This document shows, one piece after another, positions 16,900 through 21,516 of a DNA stretch of 64,000 nt. Position 1 is the stretch's first letter, and every line of letters starts with the position of its first letter. This stretch comes from a virus: the IMG/VR virus record IMGVR_UViG_3300050821_017570, positions 123,140 to 187,139 of that record. The stretch is one strand, 5' to 3'. The notes beneath the pieces are model-generated. The model saw nothing but the letters and a program-made list of their open reading frames with translations. It did no database searches and was not told the DNA's origin. A program made the position numbers and the translations under genes.

Positions 16900-16921
16900 C
16901 TCCTCGGGCTATGCCCGAATC
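16900..16921 (-). promoter_or_regulatory. hairpin-SD cassette
   Basis: GAT TCGGGC ATA GCCCGA GGAG. Confidence 0.8.
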
Positions 16922-17108
16922 GGTGGTGGTTGAATGAAACGAAACGAAGAACGCGTGTTTCAAGTCCCGCCGGACCAGCGATCTCCACAGCAACGGTTGC
17001 AAACTGTCGGGGCCGGCAGTGATAGTACGCCGTCACCATTTTGACTGCCACCATACGAGGGAATGGGTCGTATGGTGTCTCTCCTGGGGTTAGCCAGGGA
17101 AAACCGAA

Positions 17109-17396
17109 TCAGAACAGACGAAGGCCACGCAGGATCGAGCGCATCTCGTGCTGGCGGCGCTCCTGCTCCTGACGGATCTGCTTGGCCCGGGCCTTCTCGG
17201 CCCGCTGCATGTTCCGCAGGTTCACCATGGCGGCCACGTGGGCGGCCCTGGCCTCGTAGGCCCGAGCACCCTGCTGGTCGCCCAGCCGACGGCACTCGGC
17301 CGCCTGGCTGATCAGGTCGCGGCGTCCGTTTTCGAGACTCCCCCACATGGTAATGACGTTCTCGGGGGTCAGGGTGGAATGGTCACTGTGACTCAC
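17109..17396 (-). CDS. small coiled-coil protein
   Basis: GTG start 6 nt after the cassette GGAG. Confidence 0.7.
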   Translation of the reverse strand: MSHSDHSTLTPENVITMWGSLENGRRDLISQAAECRRLGDQQGARAYEARAAHVAAMVNLRNMQRAEKARAKQIRQEQERRQHEMRSILRGLRLF

Positions 17397-17402
17397 AAAA
17401 GC

Positions 17403-17424
17403 CTCCTCTGGCTGGGCCAGAATA
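17403..17424 (-). promoter_or_regulatory. hairpin-SD cassette
   Basis: TAT TCTGGC CCA GCCAGA GGAG. Confidence 0.8.
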
Positions 17425-17441
17425 GTGGGGTGATGGACAGC

Positions 17442-17494
17442 AAAAAGAAAAGGATCCCCCACGCGCCTGGCTCGTTAGGCCAGACACGTGGGGG
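17442..17494 (-). terminator. rho-independent terminator (RNA unit 2)
   Basis: 16-bp stem with 2 G-U pairs and loop CUAACGA, then AUCCUUUUCUUUUU. Confidence 0.8.
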
Positions 17495-17633
17495 AAGAAG
17501 AGTACGTTTGGGTTAACGGCCCCTTTCGGGGGAGTTAGTGAAACAGGCTCAGGGGGAGTCCTTGTGGACATTCCTGAACGGATTGATCCTCCTCCTTGGT
17601 AGGAATCGATGGATCGTTCTTTTGGTGGATACC

Positions 17634-17702
17634 AAAAGAAAAAGGTTGCCCACAGCCACATACCCAGCTCCCGCAACAGAGCCAGATATGGGCTGTGGGC
17701 AA
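17634..17702 (-). terminator. terminator-like long hairpin (RNA unit 1)
   Basis: 24-bp stem with 3 G-U pairs and a 1-nt bulge, followed by CCUUUUUCUUUU. Confidence 0.7.
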
Positions 17703-17784
17703 TCTTTCGTAACGGCCTTTCGGGAGTTACGTTGCGGACAGGGGGTAGTCCTTGCGAACATTCCCTGCTTATGAGATTGTGGCG

Positions 17785-18045
17785 CTACTTCGCGCGCTTG
17801 ACCGACCAGAGGCCCTGACGGACCTGATACCAGATGAAACCCGTGGGGAGTTTCGTATCAGGGTTGGTTGGTGCCCAGCAGGGTCCGACGAACCGCTCGA
17901 ACCTACCGGGTGACACTTCGGGTAACTTGACACGGTTCCAGAAACGGTGATTGACCTCGATCCATTGGATCGCCGGATCAGACTCCGCAGGAGACTGACT
18001 GCCGGAATGCGTCTGTTTTGATGATGTAGCCACGTTTGGCGACAT
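17785..18045 (-). CDS. hypothetical protein
   Basis: 86-aa ORF; weak SD. Confidence 0.5.
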   Translation of the reverse strand: MSPNVATSSKQTHSGSQSPAESDPAIQWIEVNHRFWNRVKLPEVSPGRFERFVGPCWAPTNPDTKLPTGFIWYQVRQGLWSVKRAK

Positions 18046-18298
18046 ACGATGATACTTTCTCTTTTACAATGAAGGTATTTGGAGTTCGCGGAGTTTGGGA
18101 TGTCAGCCCAACCCTCCTACCATAACCTTCAGAGCGTGTCAGATGTCGACGGAACGACATATCCCGCCGGAGGCTCGCTCTAACGTTGCGAGCTTTGTTA
18201 CCGTGGATCATGCTCCACCGCAACCATTTCACGTGCCACGAGTATCATGGCAGAGGCGCCGGCTAGCGTAACCGGACGAACCGGAGGATTACGATCCC

Positions 18299-18670
18299 TC
18301 AAACGACCGATACAGCGTACCAATGCCCTGCTTCAAAATACTCCTTCCCAATCAGTACCCACTCTGGCGGTGGGGGTTCACCGGGTGTCAGCCACCCGGC
18401 GGGAACGAATGTATCTCGTTCAAACGGCGCGATTATTGAATCGGCCTCCTGGTGCATCAGCACAACTGTGACGAGCGGGATATCGTCATCCCGCAACTCG
18501 CAATGTGCTTCGCCATATTCGGTCGAGTCTCTGCTACCGAGTTTCTGGAGAAGCAGCTGATGCAGCTCCTCCGTCCACTCCTTGCCGCCGCGCTGACGGA
18601 GCGCGGCTCTGATGTCAGCGAAGCTTTTCAAGGGGTGTCCTTTCGCAGATATAGCAGATGTAGCCCTCAC
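18299..18670 (-). CDS. hypothetical protein
   Basis: ORF track; start uncertain. Confidence 0.6.
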   Translation of the reverse strand: MRATSAISAKGHPLKSFADIRAALRQRGGKEWTEELHQLLLQKLGSRDSTEYGEAHCELRDDDIPLVTVVLMHQEADSIIAPFERDTFVPAGWLTPGEPPPPEWVLIGKEYFEAGHWYAVSVV

Positions 18671-18974
18671 GTTCCCATGTGTAGAGACCGTGAAGACACC
18701 ATATGCCGTGTGGGTGGGGATAGAACTCCTCTATCCATGGATGCTGGGGCGATACCAGCGGCTCAACGAGACAGACCCTCACCTCATCGCCGGCGAGAAT
18801 CAAATGGTGGGTCCACTTACGGAAATGGTATTCGCGAACCAAACGATTGGTTAGATTGTGGAACAAGTCCCACGCCACCGTCTGGCCAAACTGTCGAACC
18901 ATAAGGGCTCGCGCTGCATGATACCCAAGTATTGGACGGGTTGGTTGCCCCGGAATGAGGAAACCGGCCGTCAT
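18615..18974 (-). CDS. hypothetical protein with C-terminal C/H...CxxC
   Basis: 119 aa; GGAGG SD; ATGA overlap. Confidence 0.65.
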   Translation of the reverse strand: MTAGFLIPGQPTRPILGYHAARALMVRQFGQTVAWDLFHNLTNRLVREYHFRKWTHHLILAGDEVRVCLVEPLVSPQHPWIEEFYPHPHGIWCLHGLYTWEREGYICYICERTPLEKLR

Positions 18975-19192
18975 ACCTCCAACACACGCGACGCACGTGG
19001 AAATCCAGCCAGATTATCCAAATGCTTCGCTAGGGCCTCCGCATCACCGAGTTTGAGAAACTCAGTCGCCTGATGCCTGGCGCCTACGAACCGACCTACG
19101 GTAACGTTGTAGAAGACATTGTTGCCTTGAACAACGCGGCTGATGACGTACGTGGGGCTGATTCCGCTGGTGTGGTCGTATGGCTGGATCAT
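18971..19192 (-). CDS. small protein, paralog of 15691..15894
   Basis: VFYNVTVGRF....QATEFLKLGDAEALA. Confidence 0.7.
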   Translation of the reverse strand: MIQPYDHTSGISPTYVISRVVQGNNVFYNVTVGRFVGARHQATEFLKLGDAEALAKHLDNLAGFPRASRVLEV

Positions 19193-19419
19193 AAGGCCTC
19201 AATCAACGCGGTCGCATCCTCACCACGCTGGAACGCCTCGGCAATTTCGACATGCCTACATGCTTCCAACGTCCACCGTATGGCTGACTGGGCTTCGAAG
19301 TCAGCCATACGGTGATGGTTGAGAGCGACTGAGATCTGGAGGCTATCGAGTCTCTTCAACGCCATATGGGCACAATCGAGTGCTCGTTTGGCGAAGAATT
19401 CGGCATCGGGGTCTAACAT
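19189..19419 (-). CDS. hypothetical protein
   Basis: ATG 5 nt after the cassette GGAG. Confidence 0.7.
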   Translation of the reverse strand: MLDPDAEFFAKRALDCAHMALKRLDSLQISVALNHHRMADFEAQSAIRWTLEACRHVEIAEAFQRGEDATALIEAL

Positions 19420-19424
19420 CTGTT

Positions 19425-19446
19425 CTCCTCCGGCGGAGCCGGAATC
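19425..19446 (-). promoter_or_regulatory. hairpin-SD cassette
   Basis: GAT TCCGGC TCC GCCGGA GGAG. Confidence 0.8.
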
Positions 19447-19479
19447 GTCGGTGTGAGAGGGGTGAAAGGTACGAAGGAA

Positions 19480-19812
19480 TCAGATGAGTTGTTTGCCAGA
19501 CTCCTCGTCGCGGAAGTCGGTTGGCCACCATTGGAGCACGATCGGTGTGACCCACTGGGTACCGAGGAAGTCGACGGTCCAGCGGTATCGCCAGCCCTTG
19601 TAATCGCCTTGGGGGCGATATCCCTTGAGACGAACTGGTGTTTGGATCAAATCCACAACGAAAAGAAATGGCCCGCCACTGGGGGTGGTGCGCCATTCGG
19701 TGTAGGCGGCCTTGCCAAACCTCGTATACCTCTCAGTCACGAGTTTGGTCGCCAGATCACCCCGTGGGTAGGTTCTGAAGAGAAGCGCCTCCATCTCACT
19801 GTCCGTTATCAT
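19480..19812 (-). CDS. hypothetical protein
   Basis: Start at MITDSE with an AGAGGA SD; the track's N-terminal extension is an overlap artefact. Confidence 0.65.
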   Translation of the reverse strand: MITDSEMEALLFRTYPRGDLATKLVTERYTRFGKAAYTEWRTTPSGGPFLFVVDLIQTPVRLKGYRPQGDYKGWRYRWTVDFLGTQWVTPIVLQWWPTDFRDEESGKQLI

Positions 19813-19945
19813 CAGGATCCTCTTCTGTCCCGTCGTCGGACTCCTCTTCAGCTTCTTCTTCCTCCGCTTGTTTGGCAGCTTCGTATTCCGCTTCTTCTCT
19901 GGTTCGACCAAGCTGTATGAGTTGTTCGAGTAGTGTCTTCTCCAT
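19796..19945 (-). CDS. 49-aa highly acidic protein (not in the ORF track)
   Basis: MEKTLLEQLIQLGRTREEAEYEAAKQAEEEEAEEESDDGTEEDPDDNGQ*, directly after a cassette. Confidence 0.75.
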   Translation of the reverse strand: MEKTLLEQLIQLGRTREEAEYEAAKQAEEEEAEEESDDGTEEDPDDNGQ

Positions 19946-19951
19946 TGGTGC

Positions 19952-19973
19952 CTCCTCGGGCTTGGCCCGAATC
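19952..19973 (-). promoter_or_regulatory. hairpin-SD cassette
   Basis: GAT TCGGGC CAA GCCCGA GGAG. Confidence 0.8.
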
Positions 19974-19993
19974 GGGGTGATTGGGAATCATCC

Positions 19994-20020
19994 ACCTGCC
20001 GAATTGTGAGTTCGGCAGGT
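19994..20020. terminator. 10-bp intergenic hairpin
   Basis: ACCTGCCGAA-TTGTGAG-TTCGGCAGGT just after a stop codon; no U tract. Confidence 0.4.
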
Positions 20021-20028
20021 AGGGATTC

Positions 20029-20550
20029 TCAAGCGGGGATATTGAAGAGATCCAGTTCGGACTCTCCGTAGGTAGGGGAATACCTACCGTCTCGGTCGTG
20101 CTGGGTCACCTGCTCCTCTCCTGGCTTCACCATTACCAAGACAACAATCGGATAGGGTCCCACGGCGTCAAAACTCACCAAACGAACCAATCGCCCGTCC
20201 CTGGTCTGCATCGGCATCCTCAGGTCGAGAACCGGGATCTCGTTTGTATCGATCGGAGCCACCAGCTGGAGCACCGGAACGCTGGCTACGTCTGAGACAG
20301 CCACTTCCGGTGATCTACGTGGCGTCGTGGTCCGGGGCGCCAGCCCACCGAGATATCGGAGCTGGTCCGTAAACACACCCACCAGGGTGACGCTGCCGAT
20401 GATCAAAGCAGTCGCCACTTTTGGGTGGTGGTAATGGTGAAACTGCGCGAAGACGACACAGCAGAAAGCGATGACAGCAATCCAGAAGGCCGCTACCCGA
20501 GGGCTAACCCGGTAGAGGCGTGGAAGGATATTGGTCGCAGAAACTTGCAT
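20029..20550 (-). CDS. two-TM protein fused to a 'QTRDGR' module
   Basis: Two hydrophobic helices, then MQTRDGRLVRLV..D..GPYPIV...DL, similar to module 2 of 13765..14517. Confidence 0.75.
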   Translation of the reverse strand: MQVSATNILPRLYRVSPRVAAFWIAVIAFCCVVFAQFHHYHHPKVATALIIGSVTLVGVFTDQLRYLGGLAPRTTTPRRSPEVAVSDVASVPVLQLVAPIDTNEIPVLDLRMPMQTRDGRLVRLVSFDAVGPYPIVVLVMVKPGEEQVTQHDRDGRYSPTYGESELDLFNIPA

Positions 20551-20579
20551 ACGGTTCTCCTCCGGCTGGGTTGGTGGGT

Positions 20580-20802
20580 ACCCAAAAGGGCCCCAGGGGG
20601 GTCAAAACGGTATGGTGACCCATACCCACCCGGATCCATGTTCGTGAGAGCATGGAAGGGGTATCACCTATATATGCGTGTTTTAGGTGTTTTATTAAGT
20701 ACCCCCTAGGGGGGGGGGATACCCACCACTTCTGCTATGACCCCCTAACTACCACCTAGCCTAACCAGACCCATTGCCGATACTCTGGCTAGGGGGTAGC
20801 GG
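20580..20802. promoter_or_regulatory. divergent intergenic control region (possible promoters or origin)
   Basis: Strand switch; AT-rich core, 10-G run, palindrome CCCCCTAGGGGG and several inverted repeats. Confidence 0.45.
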
Positions 20803-21516
20803 ATGGCCCAAGAACCCGATCCCGACCTGACGAGCGAGGAGCTTCATAAAGAGGTTCTTGCCGATATCACGAAAGCACTCATTGACCGTCAGGGGCTTAT
20901 ACTGGGCCGGTTTAAGCTGAGGGGCCAGCGAACCACCCCCTACCTGTTACGTCTCGATCGGCTGACCTGTGGGCAGGACTGCTTCGCCATCGCTCGCGCG
21001 ATGGCGGTAACGATACGAGCCCACCATGGCGATGAGCTTGATCTCGTCTGGGGCACCCCCTATGGGGGTATCCCATTGGCCGTCATGACGGCCAACTACT
21101 ATTCGCTCCTAGTGGGTCGGGAAACCCATTGGGGCTATGGGCGCAAACCGACCGATCCGGTATCCGAGGATCCGCCGGACCCGGTGCTGGCGCCACCCGA
21201 TTGGACCGGTGCCAAGGCTGTGATTGTGGACGATCTGTTTGTCGAGGGTGAGGGTATCCGTCAGCAGATCAGTGACCTGAAGCGCGGAGGGGCGGACGTC
21301 GTAGGGGCGGTCACGCTCATCGACCGGTGTGAACGATCGAGGGGTAAGTTCTTTTCAGACCTCATCCATCGTGATACCGGCGTGCCGGTCGTAGGCTGTG
21401 TAACCCTCCCGGAGATCCTCACGACGATGGATCCAAAGCTGCTACCCGAGGATCAACGGGAGGTTCTGTTGCAGCATCTATCGCCAGAGGCGAAGGCCTA
21501 CCAGAGCGGCGGCTAA
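20803..21516 (+). CDS. pyrE: orotate phosphoribosyltransferase-like type I PRTase (degenerate)
   Basis: GxFxLxGxxxTPY, GTPYGGIPLA, YGRK, AVIVDDL, VVGAVTLIDR; the PRPP loop and catalytic loop are atypical. Confidence 0.75.
   Translation: MAQEPDPDLTSEELHKEVLADITKALIDRQGLILGRFKLRGQRTTPYLLRLDRLTCGQDCFAIARAMAVTIRAHHGDELDLVWGTPYGGIPLAVMTANYYSLLVGRETHWGYGRKPTDPVSEDPPDPVLAPPDWTGAKAVIVDDLFVEGEGIRQQISDLKRGGADVVGAVTLIDRCERSRGKFFSDLIHRDTGVPVVGCVTLPEILTTMDPKLLPEDQREVLLQHLSPEAKAYQSGG

Larger units (their letters stand above)
17442..17767 (-). ncRNA. candidate structured RNA: two tandem [hairpin H1 - hairpin H2 - terminator] units
   Basis: H1 at 17739-17767 and 17550-17576; H2 at 17708-17731 and 17514-17537; GNRA loops, conserved internal loops, variable stem lengths; G-U pairs form only on the minus strand. 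Confidence 0.7.

Noticed and set aside
17511-17544. Plus-strand GGTTAACGGCCCCTTTCGGGGGAGTTAGTGAAAC looks like a CRISPR repeat (hairpin plus GAAAC end)
   Set aside because: Only two degenerate copies about 197 nt apart, the second lacks GAAAC, and no cas genes are present. GNRA loops, G-U pairs and U tracts favour the minus strand. A solitary-repeat anti-CRISPR RNA role is not fully excluded.
17550-17767. Several CAAGGA/CAGGA motifs suggesting a CsrA/RsmA sponge
   Set aside because: In the best-supported folds the GGA is base-paired in stems rather than exposed in loops, and the copies are few.
17978-18232. 84-aa ORF in the track
   Set aside because: GTG start without an SD, overlaps the next gene by 68 nt, and lies in a hairpin-dense region more consistent with non-coding RNA.
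20757-20783. Sigma-28-like promoter TAGC-N15-GCCGATAC upstream of the PyrE-like gene
   Set aside because: Single instance with three mismatches to the consensus; I could not find the motif repeated upstream of late genes.
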